Translations under genes and position numbers: made by a program | Notes under the pieces: generated by a model | What the model saw: only the letters and a program-made list of their open reading frames with translations | What the model was told of the DNA's origin: nothing | Database searches by the model: none | Shown: in pieces, positions 11,880 to 28,206 of the stretch | Layout: each line of letters starts with the position of its first letter | How positions within the stretch are numbered: position 1 is the stretch's first letter | Assembly: GCA_028534125.1 (NCBI GenBank) | Contig: CM052816.1 | Location: 19,904,001-19,968,000, forward strand | Reading direction: 5' to 3' | Source of the DNA: Lama glama | Lineage: Eukaryota | Length of the DNA: 64,000 nt

Positions 11880-13260
11880 TCTTTGTTTTAGGCACTGTAC
11901 TGCACACTAGGGATATAGGTTAAAAATGATAGACATATATCTTGCCCTCATGGAATTTATAGTCTAGTGGGAGTGACAAACAAGTAAATAGGCAATTAAT
12001 AATAAAGATGAGAAATATCATGATGGAGGAAGTGAAGAATGCTGTGAGAACTTATAGAAGGAACATCTTAATACAAACATCTCAGCTGAGACCTGAGGAA
12101 ACAGCTGGCCGGGTGAAGTGTTCTAGGCAGTTGGAACAGCATCAGCAAATGCAAAAACTGATGAGACCTATAAAATTGGGAAAGTAATATTCTGTAGGCT
12201 AGGGGACAGAGATTGAAAAGGTAAGCAGGGGTCAAATCCTATAAGGCCTTACCAGCCATTTTAAGGAGTTTCAAATTTGTCCTGTGGGATTAAGAATCTT
12301 TGAACGATGTTAAGCAGAAGAATGCCATGATCATACATGTTATTTTAAAATAGCACTGTGATTTCATTGTGGATAGTGGATTGGAGGGGATCAGAGTGAA
12401 TTCAGGGAGACTATTTGCTAATGTAGTAATTTTGGTGAGAGAGCTGAGGGAACTTCAACTAGGGAGAGAAGTAGACAGGTTGAGAGATTATGGGACTTGT
12501 GGGAGAAAAATGCCTTAATTTCTGGCTTGAGCCATGGGATCAATGTTGGTTTCATTCACTGACCTAAAGAACTGTTAACAACAAATAGGTTTGGGGGAGA
12601 AAATTATGCATTTAGTTTTGGATTTGCCGAGTTCGGGGGTGGGGGTGAGTCAATATTGTGGGACTTCTTGTGGATTTCCACTCCTTGTGGAAACTGGGAG
12701 AGAGATCTTGGTTAGAGACAGAACTTTGGAAATCATTAGTATATGGATAGTTACTAAGACTGTAAGAGTAGATGAGATTGAGATAGAATAGCCAGTAAGT
12801 GGGAAGAAGCCCAAGAGAATATAATGTCCCCATAACCAAGTGAAGAAAGTGCTAAACAAATTTAAAAATAGATGAAATTGTGCAGGAAACAAGACATATG
12901 AGTAGAGAAAGCCTAAGGCTAGAACCCTATGTTTAAGGGACATACAGAGAGAAAGGAACTGCCCTAGAAGGAGACTGGGAAATTTTAGGTCCCAGAAATC
13001 AGGAGTGGAGGATTGGTTGCCAACATTTTTACACTGAGATATCAAGTAAGATATGTATTGAAGGATGGTTATTGGATGTAGCAGCAATGAGGTTGTTGAT
13101 GACTTTGGCTAGGGCAGGTTAATGGAATGTGGGAGAAGACAGATTGCTTTATCCTGAGGAGTGAATGAGTGGTCCTAAAGTGAAGACTAAATGAAGTTAA
13201 TATCTTCAAGAAGTTTAGGTATGAAGGAAATGAGAGAAAGGGCAGTACGTAGAGTGTGAC
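11880..13260 (-). mobile_element. L2 LINE relic
   Basis: Purine-rich L2-like strings such as TGCCCTCATGGAATTTATAGTCTAGTGGG; similar relics at about 3030-3980 and 7500-7880. Confidence 0.65.
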
Positions 13261-13563
13261 ATGAGATAAAGAAATATAAACTTTTTCCATTAAGTTCTTG
13301 TGATTGCTTTTCCTTTTAGGAATGTGGTTTACCTTTTTAGTATTATGTCTATTTTCTTGGCTTCATTTTGAAATGATGGATGGGGCAAGAATTGAAAGTA
13401 TGTGACTATGTAGCTTTTGCGTTGTGTAATTAATCCTTTGACTGTGGTAAGAAAATAGCTTTACTGTCTTAATTAGCTAGCTTTCTTCTGTGTAATTGTT
13501 GAGAGATTCTCTAGATAATTAAGCCTTATTTTAATATATTGCATCTTCTGTTTTTTTTTTTAG

Positions 13564-13776
<213 letters not shown>

Positions 13777-15329
13777 TAGCCATCTCTTTTTTCCCTTGGT
13801 GTATCTTTCACCCCTACTGCTGACATCCTCTACCTTCTGCATCTGGGTTGGGGCGAGAAAAAGGACACCTCAAAGTAGAACAGAGAGACCCTCGGCGCCT
13901 GCCCTGCTGGCTATTGATGTTACTACGCTTGCCCTCTGGGCCTGCGTGGCCCCAGCCCTAGAAGGCCTATGCAGACATTCCTCAGGCTGTGCTCACTTTA
14001 GACTGAACCCAACCCTTAAGAGAGTGGCCTGCTCTGCTTCTCTGTAACCTTTACATTCTACAAAGATTTAAAAATCATTTAGTGTGCTCTGCCTGTGTTT
14101 CCACAGGAACTGCCAAATTTCCTATTTCCTGAATATGGCACCGTCTTTGCAAAGACTAGCAAATAATAATTTTAGAACTGTACTGTTCTAGATGCCTCAA
14201 AAAGTAGTATGAATCTATCTATTGTGAAACAGTATATGAAACAGCAATCTAATATACAAATAATGAATCTTGAAGAACATAAAGGGACCAAATTGTACAA
14301 CGTAATACAAGAAATAGGGGGAGGGAATGTTCTCACATGCTTTTCCTAGAAACCATTATTCTGATATTATAATAATATCTAACATTAATAAGTTCTTACT
14401 TCCTGCTAGAAACTGTTCTCAATGCTTTATATGTATTAAATTGTCTGTTTTTCACAACGACCCTGTGATGGAGATGCTACTATTATCATCCCCATTTTAA
14501 ATAAGGACACTAAGGCAGATAGAGTCTAAGACACTAAGAAAGGTAAACTAATTTGCCTGAAGTCAGTCCTGGGTACCTTTTCTACTGTTCTTTTACCACT
14601 GATGCCCTATGTAGATCACCTCTGTGCTTCAGTTACTTTATGTGTATAAAGGAAATAATAATGGAACCAGCTTCATAGGTTTGTTGTAAGGATTACATGA
14701 TTTAATGAATGAAAAAAAGGAAATTTGGTAAATGCTCAATGTAGTCTTCATAAGATCTCTGTCAGTTCTACCCTCTGCTTGTGATGTACTTAAATGCCTT
14801 TTCTGGTGTACCCCCTGACTCCTATCCTTTGCCCCCAATCATATCCTCTTCTAAACTGTTTTGTATATTATCTGTAAATTTTGTGACCATTAATATTTAA
14901 TATGATCTCATTCTATCTAGCTCTTTTTTAATATACTTGCTGAAAGATAAGTTCCTTGAGGATGGGTGTAATCTCTTGTATTCCACAGAGCCAAAATTGA
15001 TGTCTTATATATGATCACTTTGGATTCTACGAGGCTTCACATTGTGTTTGAAATAAATTTGCTAGTGAGTTTTTAAAACATCTTTTTATTGTAAAACAAA
15101 ATACAGATACAGGAAAAGCTCACACGATAAATATATAGCTCCACCACCAGGTTGAAAATTAGAATTTTGCTGGCCACCCCAGAAGACCTTCCATGTCTAT
15201 TCCAATTACAGTACTCTATTCCCTCAAAAGTAACTGATATTGACTTTTATTATAATTAGTTCCTTGCGTTTTTAATAGTTTTGTCACTCAAAAATTTATC
15301 TACTTAGTGTAGTCTAGCCTTTTTTATGA

Positions 15330-18300
15330 TATCTTTTTTGGAAATATGATTCACATACCATACAATTCGCACATTTAAAGTATACAATTCAGTGGTCTTT
15401 AGTTATTATTTACAGAGTTGTGCAGACATTACCACATTCAATTTGAGAACGTTTTTATCACCCCCAAAAGAAACCTTGTACCCATTAGCAGTCACTTGCC
15501 TTCCTCCCAAGCCCTCCAGGCCTAGGCAGTCACCAATCTACTTTCATTTTCTCTGGATTTGCCTATTCTGGACATTTCATATATATAGAATTATGCAATA
15601 TCTGGTCCTTTGGAACTGATACCTCTCTCTTAGCATATTGTTTTCAAGATTCATCCATGTTGTAGCATGTATCAGTACTTCATTTTTTTTTTGGCTGAAT
15701 AATATCCATTTTATGGATATACCACATTTTATTTACCCATTCATTAGTTGATGGACATTTTGATTGTTTCCACTTTTTGGCTATTATGAGTAATACTGCT
15801 GTGAACATTTGTATACACATTTTAGTGTGGACATATGTCTTCATTTCTTTTGGATGTGTACCTAGGAGTTGAAATTATAACTCTGTGTTTAATCTTTTGA
15901 GGCAGTGTCAGACTGTTTTCCAAAATGTCTGCATCATTTTATTTTCCCACCAGCAGAGTAAGAAGTTTACAAATTTCTCCACATCCTCACTAACACTTGT
16001 TATCTGACGTTTGGATTCTAGTCATCCTCGTGGATGTGAAGTGGTATCTCATTGTTGGTTTGATTTGCATTTCCTTGATGATTAATGATTGCTGAGCATG
16101 TTTTCATGTGCTTGTTGGCCACTTATATATCTTCCTTGGAGAAATACCTGTTCTTAGACTATTTTAAAATTGGATTGGCCTTTTATTACTAAGCCGTAAG
16201 AATTTTTAGTGTACTCTAGGTACAAATTCCTTATCAGAGTATATATTTGCAAATATTTTCTCTCATTCTTGTAGGTTGTCTCTTCATTTTCTTGATGGTG
16301 TCATTTGACACACAAAAGTTTTTAATTTTGATGAAGTCCAGTTTATCTATTTTTTAAATTTGTTGCCTGTGCTTTTGGTGTCATATTTTAAGAATCCTTT
16401 GCCAAATCCAAGGTTGTTAAGATTTACTCTTCTATTTTCTTCTTAGTTTAATAGTTTTAGTTCTTACACTTAAGTCTTCCATCTATTTTGAGTTAATTTT
16501 TGTATATGATGTAAGGTAAGGATCTAACTTCATTCTTTTGCATGTAGCTGGCCAGTTGTCCCAGCACCATTTGTTGAAGAGATTATTTTTTTCCCTCATT
16601 GAATGGTCTTGGCACCTTTGTTGAAAATCAGTTGACCATAGATGTGTTTATTTCTGGACTTCCAGTTCTATTCCACTGATCTGTATGGCTATCCTTGTTC
16701 CAGAGCTACAGTGTCTTGATGACCACTACTTTGTAGCTATTTTGAAATTGGGACGTGTGAGTCCCACAGCTTTGTTTTTCTAAGGTTGTTTTGGCTGTTC
16801 TGGGTCTCTTGCAATTCCATGTAAATTTTAAGATCAGATTTGATTTGTTATTGTTGTTGTTGGTTTTGTTGTTGTTTTGCTAAAAAGACAGCTAGAATTC
16901 TGATAGGGATTGTATATCTGTAAATCACTTTGGACAATATTGCCATCTTAACAATGTTAAGGCTGCTAATCTATGAATATTAGACGTTTTTCTGTTTATT
17001 TAGATCTTTGATTTCTTTCAACAGTGTTTTTTGTAGCTTTCACAGCATATTTTTACACTTTTTGTTAAATTTAGTCCTAAGTATTTTATTCTTATTGATG
17101 CTATTGTGAATCAAATTTTCTTAGTTTCATTTTCAGATTGTCTATTACAAGTGTAAAAAAATACAACTGATTTTTATATATTGATCTTTTGTCCTGCAAC
17201 CTGGCTGAATTTATTAATTTTAATAATTGTTCAGTGGATTTCATAGGACTTTCTGTATACAAAATCATGTTATCTGTGAATAGAGATAATTCTACTTCTT
17301 TTCTGGTATGCATGTTCTTTCTTTTTCCTGCATGGTTTCTTTGGCCAGAATCTCCAGCACAGTGTTGAATAGAAGTGAGAGCAGACATTCTTGTCTTAGT
17401 CATAGTCTTAGGGGAAAAACATCTAATCTTTTACTACAAAGTATGCTGTGGGTTTTTCATTGATGCCCTTTATCAGATTGACAAAGTTTTCTTCTAATTT
17501 CTAGTTTATTCAGGGTTTTTATCATGAAAGAATGTTGGTCAAATACATTGAGATGATTATATTAAATTTGTTTTTTAAATCTATTGATATAATGTATTAC
17601 ATTAATTGATTTTTACATGTTGAATTAACCTGTGTTCCTGGGATTAATCCCACTTGATCATGGTGTGTAATTCTTTTTATGTGCTACTGGATTCATATTG
17701 CTAGTGTTTTGTTGAGAATTTTTGTATCCGTATTTATAAGAGATATTGGTGTGCAGTTTTCTTTTCTAGTGATGTTTTTGTCTGATTTTGATATCAGGGT
17801 AATACTGGTGTCTGAAAAGGAGTTGGGAAGCATTCATTCCTCTTCTATTTTTTGAAAGTGTTTATGAATAATTGGCATTAATTCTTCTTTAAATGTTTGG
17901 CAGCATTCAGTTGTGAAGCCATCTGGGCCTGGGCTTTCCTTTATGTATAGTTTTTCGGTTATTATTTTAGAATTTTCACATGCTATACATTTAGTTAGAT
18001 TGTCTTATTTCTTCTTGACCAACTTTAGCAATTTGTGTTTTTTTCAGTAACTGTCCTTTAAACTATCTAATATGTTGGTGTACAATTACTCATTGTATTT
18101 TTTGATAATACTTTTTATTTTCGTAAAGTTGGTAGAAGTATTACTTCTTTAATTTCTGACTCTAACAGTTTGAGTCTTTGCTCTTTTTTTCTTAATCATT
18201 CTAGCTAAATGTCCATTTTGTTGATTTTTAAAAAGAACCAGCTTTTTGTTTCATTGCTTTTTCTCTATTTAAAAAATTCTCTATTACATTTTCACTCTAA

Positions 18301-19170
18301 TCTTTATTATTTCCTTCTTTCTGCTTGCTGTAGTTTTAGTTTGCTCTTCTTTTTCCAGTGTCTTATGGTGGAAGGTTAGGTTTTACATCTGTCTTAATTC
18401 TTAATATAGGCATTTAAGCATTTACAGTTACAAATTTCTAAGTACTGCTTTACCTGCATCCCATAAATGTTATGTATCTTCATTTTCATTCATCTCAAAT
18501 TATTTTCTGTTTCCCCTTTTGATTTCTTCTTTGATACATTTGTTATTGAGTAGTATGTTGTTTAATTTCCTCCAGATTTCCTTCCTACTTATATGTAATT
18601 GTATTCAATTGTGATAGAAGAAATACTTTGTATCATTTCTGTCCTTTTAACATTATTGAGGTTTCTTTATGGCCTACCATATGGTCCTATCTTGGAGAAT
18701 GTTCCATGTGACTTAAGACAATGTATATTATGTTGTTGGATGAAGTAGTCTATAGATGTCTATTAGGTCTAATTGGTTTTAGTGTTGTTCTGTTTCTTTG
18801 TTGATCTGTCTAGTTGTTCTAGACATGTTTATAATTGTTATAACTTTCTGATGAATTGATCCTTTTATCATTATAACATTATCTCTAGTAACATTTTCTT
18901 TTTGAACTCTATTTTGTCCAGCTTTCTTGTGGTTGTTGTTTGCTTGATATATCTTTTTCATTCCTTTTACTTTTAATCTGTTTCTATATTGGAATATAAA
19001 ATGTGTCTCCTGTAAATAGCATATAGTTGAATTATGTTTTTTTTAAATTCAGGCTTACAATCTCTGCCTTTTGAGTAGATTGCTTAATCTATTCACACTA
19101 TGTTATTAGTGATATTGTTGGATTTACACCTGCTGTTTTACTTTACTTGTGTGTCTCATGTCTTTTTTGT
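15330..19170 (-). mobile_element. Long degraded L1 (3' UTR through ORF2), antisense in intron 4
   Basis: Continuous L1-like sequence; minus-strand ORFs give ORF2 remnants (LSLFTDNMILYTESP; KKIYQANNNHKKAG...IMIKGSIHQ). Confidence 0.9.
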
Positions 19171-19368
19171 GAAATAAGCAAGCTTATTCCTATTATATTA
19201 TCCAGTTTTTGTTGTAATGTGGACTGGAAAAATTGTATACATTAAGTCATTTATGCCTTAAAATCATTTTCTGGCAATACACACAGACATATATACACAC
19301 ACACTTCCTTCCTTTTAAAAAGAAATAGGAATATACTATATATATTGCACAGAATCTTGCTTTTTTCT

Positions 19369-21562
19369 CTTAACTTTTGAAATTAATGTATTTTACTTTT
19401 TAAGAGCAATTTTTGGTTTAAAGAAAAATTGAACAGAAAGTACAGGGTTCCCATATATCTCCTCTATCCCCCCCAACAGCACAGTTTCTCTATTATTAAT
19501 ATCTAAGATTAGTTTGGTACATTTGTTAGAAATGATAAACCAATATTTATATATTATCATTAATTAAAGTCCATAGTTTACATTAATATTTATTCTCTAT
19601 GTTGTATTTCCTGTGGGGCTTGACTAATGTATAATGTCATATATATACCCTTACAGTATCATACAGAATAGTTTCAAAGCCCAAAAAAATCCTATGTGCT
19701 CTACTTTTAGTCTTCCCCTCCTTTTCCCTGAACCCCTGGCAACCACTGATCTTTTAAATCTCTCTATACTCTTGCCTTTTCCAGAATGTCATGTAGTTGG
19801 AATCATACATTATGTTACCTTTTCAGACTAGCTTCTTTCACTTAGTAATGTATATTTAAGGTTCCTTCTTGGGTATTTTTATGGCTCAATAGCTATTTCT
19901 TTTGATCACTAAATAATATTCCATTGTATGTATGTCTGGCAGTTTGTTTCTATATTCAGCTAATAAATGACATCTTTTTTATTTATAAGCATATGCTTTA
20001 TATTTGTAGAATAATTTTTTCATTTAATATTCTTTTTCATTATAAGTTACTACAAGATATTGAATATAGTTCCCTGTGCTATACAGTATAAACTTGTTTA
20101 TCTATTTTATATATGTTGGTTAGTATCTGCAAATCTTGAACTCTCAATTTATCCCTTCCCACCCCCTTCCCTGCCTTGTTACCATAAGTTTGTTTTCTAT
20201 GTCTGTGAGTCTGTTTCTGTTTTGTAAATAAGTTCGTTTGTATTTTTTTCTTTAGATTCCACATATAAGTGATATCATATGGTATTTTTCTTTCTCTTTC
20301 TGGCTCACTTCACTTAGATAAGTTTTTCGCAATTATGGATCAAGCTGTTATAAACATTCATGTGCAGGTTTTTTGTAGACATAAATTTTTCGACTCATTT
20401 AGCTAAATACCAAGGAGTGCAATTATGGCTGGATTGTTTGGTAGGACTATATTTAGCTTTGTTAGACGTTGTCTTCCAAAGTGTCTGTATCATTTTGCAT
20501 TCCCGCCAGCAATAAATGAGAGTTCCTGTTGTTCCAACATTCTTACCAGCATTTGCTGTTTCAGTGTTTTAGATTTTAGCCATTCCAATAGGTGTATGGT
20601 GTATCTATCTCATTAGTACTTTAATTTACAATTCCCTGGTTACATATGATATTGAGCATGCTTTCATATGCTTATTTGACATGTGTATATCTTCTTTGGT
20701 GAGTCTTTTCAGATATTTTGCCCAATTTTTAATTTGAGTTTTTATTTGTTTTCTTACTGTTGAGTTTTAAGAGTGCTTTGTTTATTTTGGACACAAGTCA
20801 TTTATCAGACGTGTGTTTTGCAAATATTTTCTCCAACTCTGTGGCTCCTCTTTTCATTCTTTTAATAGTGTCTTTCCCAGAGCAGAAGATTTAAATTTTA
20901 ATGATGTACTAACTTACCCATTTTTTTCTTTTGTGGATTATGCTTTCAATGTTGCCATCTAAAAACTCACCACCAATCACATGGTCATCTAGATTTTCTC
21001 TTACATTATTATCTAGAAGTTTTATAGTTTTGTATATTACATTTAGGTCTCTGATCCATTTTGAGTTAATTTTTTGTGAAAGGTGTAAGGTCTGTGTCTA
21101 GTTTCATTTCTTTTTACACATGGATTTACAGTTGTTCCAGTATCATTTATTGAAATGACTTCCCCTTCTATCCTGAATTGCCTTTGCTCATTGTCAAAGG
21201 TCAGTTGAGTATATTTCTTTGAGTCTATTTCTGGGCACTTTATTTTGTTCTCTTGATCTCTTTGTCTGTTTTTCCACCAATATCATACTGCCTTGCTTAC
21301 CTTAGCTTTATAGTATGTTTTGAAGTCAGGTGATATCTTTCCTCTGACTGTTCTTCTTCAACATTATGTTGGCTTTTCTGGTTCTATTGCTTTTCCATAT
21401 AAACTTTAGAATCAATTTATTGCTATCCAGATTGGATTTTGATTAGGATTTCATTGAATCTGTAGATCAACTTGGAAAGAACTGACATTTTGACAGTGTT
21501 TAATATTGCAATCCATGAACTTGGACTCTCCATTTATTTATGTCTTCTTTGATTTCTGTAAC
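19369..21562 (-). mobile_element. 5'-truncated L1 with 17-bp TSD, containing a nested younger L1 3' end (about 20020-20318)
   Basis: GAATCTTGCTTTTTTCT at 19352-19368 and 21563-21579; L1 3' UTR/ORF2 sequence lies between them. Confidence 0.85.
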
Positions 21563-22559
21563 GAATCTTGCTTTTTTCTTTTGAGAGCTTATCTTGGAGA
21601 TCACTTTATATTAATGCATACAGGTAGACCTACCTCATTCTTTTTAACAGCTGGATAATATTTCATTGTGTGGTTGTTCAAAAATTAACATAGCTATTCC
21701 TGTATTGATGGATATTTAGATTGTTTCCAGTCTTTTCTACCACAAACAATGCTGCAGTGAAATTCTCATATAATTTCTCTTTGTGCCCATGTGTGAGTAG
21801 ATCTCTGGATAAATTCTTCAGAATAAAGGTGTTTGGTCAAAAGTATGTACATTGTAAATTTTGGTAGCTTTTGCCAATTTTCCTCCCAAAAAGTTGTGTG
21901 AGTTTACACTCCCAGATCAATACATGTGAGTATCCATTTTCCATAGCCTCACCAACACAGTAGTTATCAAATTTTATAATTTTCATCAGTTGGATCAGTG
22001 AAAAAGAGATCTTATTGTGGTGTTTATTTGTAATTTCTTCTGAATGTAATGTTGGGTATCTTTTTATCTATTTAAAAGCCCCAGGGATATAAGCTTTTAA
22101 AAAACTGATTATGTGAGGGGGAAAAGCCTTATTTATGGATGACTTATAATGCATTAAGATAAATAAATGAGTGTAAGGGGTAAAATATTTAAGATTTTTA
22201 ATTTTTACTTTTTCACTACTAGATGATTTTAGTATTCAGCTTATCTAATTCATAAACTATCATAATGTCCTTATGTAAGTATTTGGGATAATTTTAGAAT
22301 TAGACAGTAAATTTTTTTGGACTGCTACATGGCTTCTCGTTCAGTTTAAATATAAGGACACACACATATAAAATAAATATAAGCTATTTAACATTATTAA
22401 TAAAACATGATAATATTTAATATATATTTTAAAGTTGCCATTTGTTACAGTGAAAATGTATAAATAATACCACTTAACCAGTCTTTTTTCTTTAGCCTTA
22501 ACTTTATTTTAAACATATAAAAAAAAAGATATTTTATGTATTTCTTTATGAAAAAATGA

Positions 22560-22703
<144 letters not shown>

Positions 22704-23230
22704 TAAAATATACTGTTAAATGGCTCGAATAAATAGTTCCAGATCAATTCTTCTTGATTTTCAAATTTAGTTTTTTCTTCAAAAGAACGGTAAATAATAT
22801 TGTTTTGATAAATGATTGTAGATGAATGCCTGAGGCTGATAAAGAAGGTAGAAAATTCTCCTCTGATTTTACAAGTAATATTTTTCTTTTCCCTGATGCA
22901 AATATCTATGTTATATGTTGATGGTCAATACAAAGAAAAATAGTAAAATAGAAACCTACTTCAATTTGCCTCACAATTTTAAAACTTTGTCTTCTGCAAA
23001 TGTTTACTTCTCTCAAAGAGGAGTTCTAAATAATAGAGTTGATTTAAAGATTTTTTGAAGCACTTGGAAATAAAAAACCAATTATTTACTGAGAAAACTT
23101 TTTTTAACCACAGTATATAAGCAGATAGCTAAATAACTTATTCAAAAATATATTTGATGATAGCTGAATTATTTGATGATCTGCTTTGACTACCCAAACA
23201 TTTTCATGGTTAGCCTTGCTTAGTGAGATC

Positions 23231-23239
23231 GATCTATCT

Positions 23240-23270
<31 letters not shown>
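23231..23270. repeat. (TATC)n tetranucleotide microsatellite
   Basis: Direct reading; one interruption. Confidence 0.9.
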
Positions 23271-23271
<1 letters not shown>

Positions 23272-23884
23272 AGAACATCATACTTTTTTGTGTCATCTTT
23301 AAAGTTCTGGTTATGAGGTTAACCTCCTTTAGAAGGAACCCTGAAGGTGATGGGATCAATTTTGTCATTTTACAGATGGGGAGATCGAGGCACAGAAAAG
23401 GAAAATTTGCCCAAGGTCACAGAACTAGTTATATCAAAACTGGTGTTGAACTTAGCTCTCTCCATTTCTATTTATAGTTCTTTCTATTTTATTACTATTC
23501 TATAGCCCTGTTTCTTCTTTGCAGTATTTCTGTTTCTAAATAATTTTAATATTTTAGCTGTTCTGAGTAAGACTTTGCTGATAAACATTTGGTAGTTAAA
23601 CCATTTAGATACTCATATGGGAATATGTAAAAGTTTGAATGTCCTTTTTCTGATAACATTATACATTCTGTCTTATATTTTGGGAAAAGAAAATGAACCT
23701 GGTGGTTTTAAGTTCTCTACTGCCTCTGTGCTATTGACAGATTGCTGGGGAAAAGCTCAAATTTTTTATGCTGTATTCACATAGTTCTTTGTTCAACTTT
23801 AAAAATTAAAAGAACTTAACTGTTATTCTACCTTTTTAGTAATTTAATGCAGACCATATAGCAATTTGATTATTTTGATTGTAG

Positions 23885-24127
<243 letters not shown>

Positions 24128-27100
24128 TAATACAGTTTGGGGATATTACTTTAATGCAATTCCAAAATGATTTGTGAAGTAATGTTATCTGTTAAAAGTC
24201 GTTGTTTTCCTCTGTCTTTATATCTTTAGTTCAGAGAAATTAAAAGTCATAGACCCTTAGAACTGAAAGCCCCCTAGGGTAATCCTGTCCATTATTTTTA
24301 GTTTATCCCAACTTTATTGATAAATAGAGATAAACTGGAAAAATTCTTAAGACTTACTATGTTTATTACCACCTCTTAACAGCCAATCTTCCTAACAGGC
24401 TACCCAAGGGTTCTGTTCCTTGTACAGTGGTGTCCTAAGGTATACACAAGCCATTGGCAGCTGCAGTTTTAATATTGCTTGAGCATACACCAGTGCCAAA
24501 ATTCACCTTGAGTTGGAGAAAACAAAAACATGTGTAGCACTCTTAAATTAGTTTAAATTTCAAATTTCATTTTGAACAATATAATAAATATGCTAGCATT
24601 CTTAGTACAGAATTCAAAAGGTAAGAGAATTACTTACTTCTACCTGTTTTCTATTTATATTCTTTCCAGCTGGTTTTCTTTTTCAGGATCAACTAAATTA
24701 TCTTATTTCTAATGTATAGCCCTTTAAAAAATGGTTACCTAAATTTCGAAGCAAGTATAGTGTAGTGTTTATAAGAAGAGGCTCTGGATTCACATTAACT
24801 ACCTTCAAAACTCAGCTCTGTCACTAATAAGCTCTGTAAACTTGGGGAAGTCACTTAATCTCTGTGCCTCAGTTTACTGGGCTGTAAAACAACATTGCCA
24901 ATACTGATTTTGGGGGAATGAATGATAAATGAGTTAATTGCAGAAATGTTCTTAGCAGGTGGCCTTGAATAAACTGTCAACAACTGTTGTTAGTGTTAAT
25001 TATTATAGCTGTTATTTAAATAAACCTAAACAAATGAGAGGTAACATCTAAAGACTATTATTGAAGGAAGTTATTTCATTGGTACCTGGAGAGAACTAGT
25101 TTATTAAAGGATCAGATTTGTGTACTACATTTTCACTTTAATTTTTTTCATTATAGTTTTGATTATACAAAGAATACATAATAATTATAGAAAAAGTAGA
25201 AATGCTTGATAAACAGAAAGGAGAAGTTAAGATTTTTCCAGTCCCTACAATCCAAGAAAAATTGCTATTAATATTTTGGTTTATATACTTCTAGATTTTT
25301 TCCAGCCAAATATATGCATAGAAAATTTTGCTTTTTAAAAAGTGTCACACTTTATACACTACTGTGTAACCTGTTTATTTTCACTTAGCAGTATATAATA
25401 AGCATACTATTATGGCAATAAATATGGAACTATATCATAATTTTCAATGGTTGCCTAGTGTTTCATTGTAAGACTATACTATAGTTTATTTAACTGATCT
25501 TGAAATTTTGGACATTTGTTTTCAGGTTTTTTCCCTCACTGTTGGTAAAGGTGCTACAGTGAACATCTTTTATATGTCTTTATGAACTTGTTGTATTATT
25601 TGCTTAGGATAAGTTCCTAGAAGTGTGAATAGTGGGCCAAAGGGTTTATGCTTTTTAGAATTTTTGACATATTTTGCTAATTTTCCTCCAGAACAGTTTC
25701 ACTGATTTAGCCTCAAGAACTCTCAAGTCATCTCTCCTCTCAATCTAACGTTGAATATTATAATTTTAAAATATTGCCAATTTAATAAGTTAGGAATAAG
25801 AATCTTTTTAAAAATTGCACTTACATCATTACAGGAAAGTTGGACATTTTACTAATATTAATTGGTCATTTGTAGTTCTTACTTTAAGAACCCTCAACCT
25901 ATTTGTCATTTAAAGTATCTCTTTTCATATTGATTTGTAAAATAATAAGCATATTAGTCTTTTGTCATATGTTGTAAATACTTTTTTCAACTTGAATAAT
26001 CCAGTGATTTGGAATGCCACATTTATTCTAGATGAAATGCTTCTACATGCTTGGGTCTGTTTGTATTTTGTTGATTTCTCTTTATTCTAATACAGTTATA
26101 ATTTTGATTGATTATTGTAACTTTAAAATACATTTTAATATCTGAGATAGAGTATGTATTTTTTCCTAGATTTAAATTCTAAAGAAAACTTTATTGTGGT
26201 ATAATTTCTGTACAGTGAACTAAAACACATGTTTCAGATGTACAATTTGATGAATTTTGATAGATGTATTCACCTGTGAAACCACCACCACAAGCAAGTT
26301 ACCTAACTAATGTTTCCATCACTCCCAAAGAAGTTCTTATGTCCTTTTGTAATCCATCTTTCCCTTCATTCCTATCCCCAGACAACCACTGATGTACTTT
26401 CTGTCACTATAGTTTACATTTTCTAGAACAGTATGTAACTGAAATCACATAGTATATACTCTTTTATGTTTGGCTTCTTTAACTTAGCACTATGGTTTAG
26501 AGATTCATTCATGTTTTTGTGTGTATCAGTGTTCATTTTTATTGCTGAGTAGTATTCCAGTGTATGGATCATATCATAGTCTTTCATCCTCTTGTTTTGG
26601 GTTGTTTCCTATTTTTGGCTATTACTAATAAAATGGCTATTAACATTCACTTGCAAGTCTTTGTGTAGATGTATATTTTTATTTCTTTTGGGAAACTGCT
26701 AGTCTGTTTCTCAAAGTATCACTTGTTACATTTCCCAAACTAGGGCATGTGTTTACATTTTCTGAATTATATTATTCACAGAAGGAATATTTATCTGCTT
26801 TTAATAGGCTATGACTTGGGCAGACCTTTTCACATTCTTACTGAGTTTTGTTGATGGATTACTATTATCTTCTACATAAGCACATATTTTTTAGCTAGTT
26901 GCGATTTTAAGGATATGAGTATTCCCACATCATAAAGTAGATAATGGACTCAATTTTACTTTGTCAATCAATTTTGTTTAAATTGTGGTTAAAAAACACA
27001 TAATGTGAAATCTATCCTCTTACCAATTTAAAAATATACAGTACAGTATTGTTAACTATATTCACATTGTTGTATAACAGATCTCTACAACTGTTTCTGT

Positions 27101-28107
27101 GAATCAATTTAAATGTATACCTTTTGAAATAAACAAAATGTAATATTATATTCAATTACTGTGGTTATTCTGGATTTTAACTCTACTTTTTCTATTTACA
27201 AGATTTTAGATAAATTACTTGGCCTCTCTGGGCCTCAGTCTCCTCATCTATACAATGAGGATAACAATAATGCCTACCTTCTAGGGTTGTTGTTGGGATC
27301 AAGTAATAGGAAGAGGCTAGAAAGAGTGTTTTATGGCACACAGTAAGCATCAATAAAAGCTACCTATTAGTAGTACGTTTTGCCTTATTTTAGAGGAAAA
27401 ATGAAAATTATAAAGCAAATTGCTTTTATTCAAATTGTATCTTTAATATTTTGATTAAAGAAATGTATTCTATTTATAATTATGATTATTTAATTATATA
27501 TGAGTTAATTATATGCAACTTATTATCTAAAACTCTTCCTTCCATTATCTCTTTGTTTTGTGAATTTTGGGGGAGTTCTCTACTCAGTTCAAATACTCCC
27601 AAGATAAGGAAAAAGAAAAGAGCTGTTCTGATAATGGATTATTGAAAGATTTGGGGGCTTGAATATTTGTGAAATTGTTTCATGCCATAGAGCACTGGAT
27701 TAAGAATCAGACAATGTGAGGTAAAATTCTAGTTTGGCAAATCGCTAATCATGCTTCTAGCTCTGTAAAATGGAAATACTTATCTATGAACTTTCTTTGC
27801 ACCTTACCAGACTGATAAGATAATCAAAATAAGCTAATTTAATTCTTGCTAATTACAGCAGAAATAGACCAACTTCTGTTTTGGTTAGAATCATATGATA
27901 TTTAACCTGTAATAATGCCTTACAAATATAAATTTCTTAGAAAAATAAATGGTCAAAACTCACTGTCAGAAATTCCTGAGGTCTAATTCCATCTTTTCAA
28001 GAACTCTTAGCTCTGAGTAATTAATTACATCTACATTTGTCAAATAAATTTAACATTTAGCTTATGGAGCCCTGTTAAGAGCTTATTTAACATTAGAATA
28101 TTTGTAA

Positions 28108-28206
<99 letters not shown>

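Noticed and set aside
12650..13087. Longest non-genic ORF (145 aa, minus strand)
   Set aside because: Lies inside an L2 relic, with no recognisable domain or splice context.
17101..18961. Minus-strand ORFs resembling reverse transcriptase and endonuclease
   Set aside because: Frameshifted remnants of L1 ORF2; not a functional or novel RT system.
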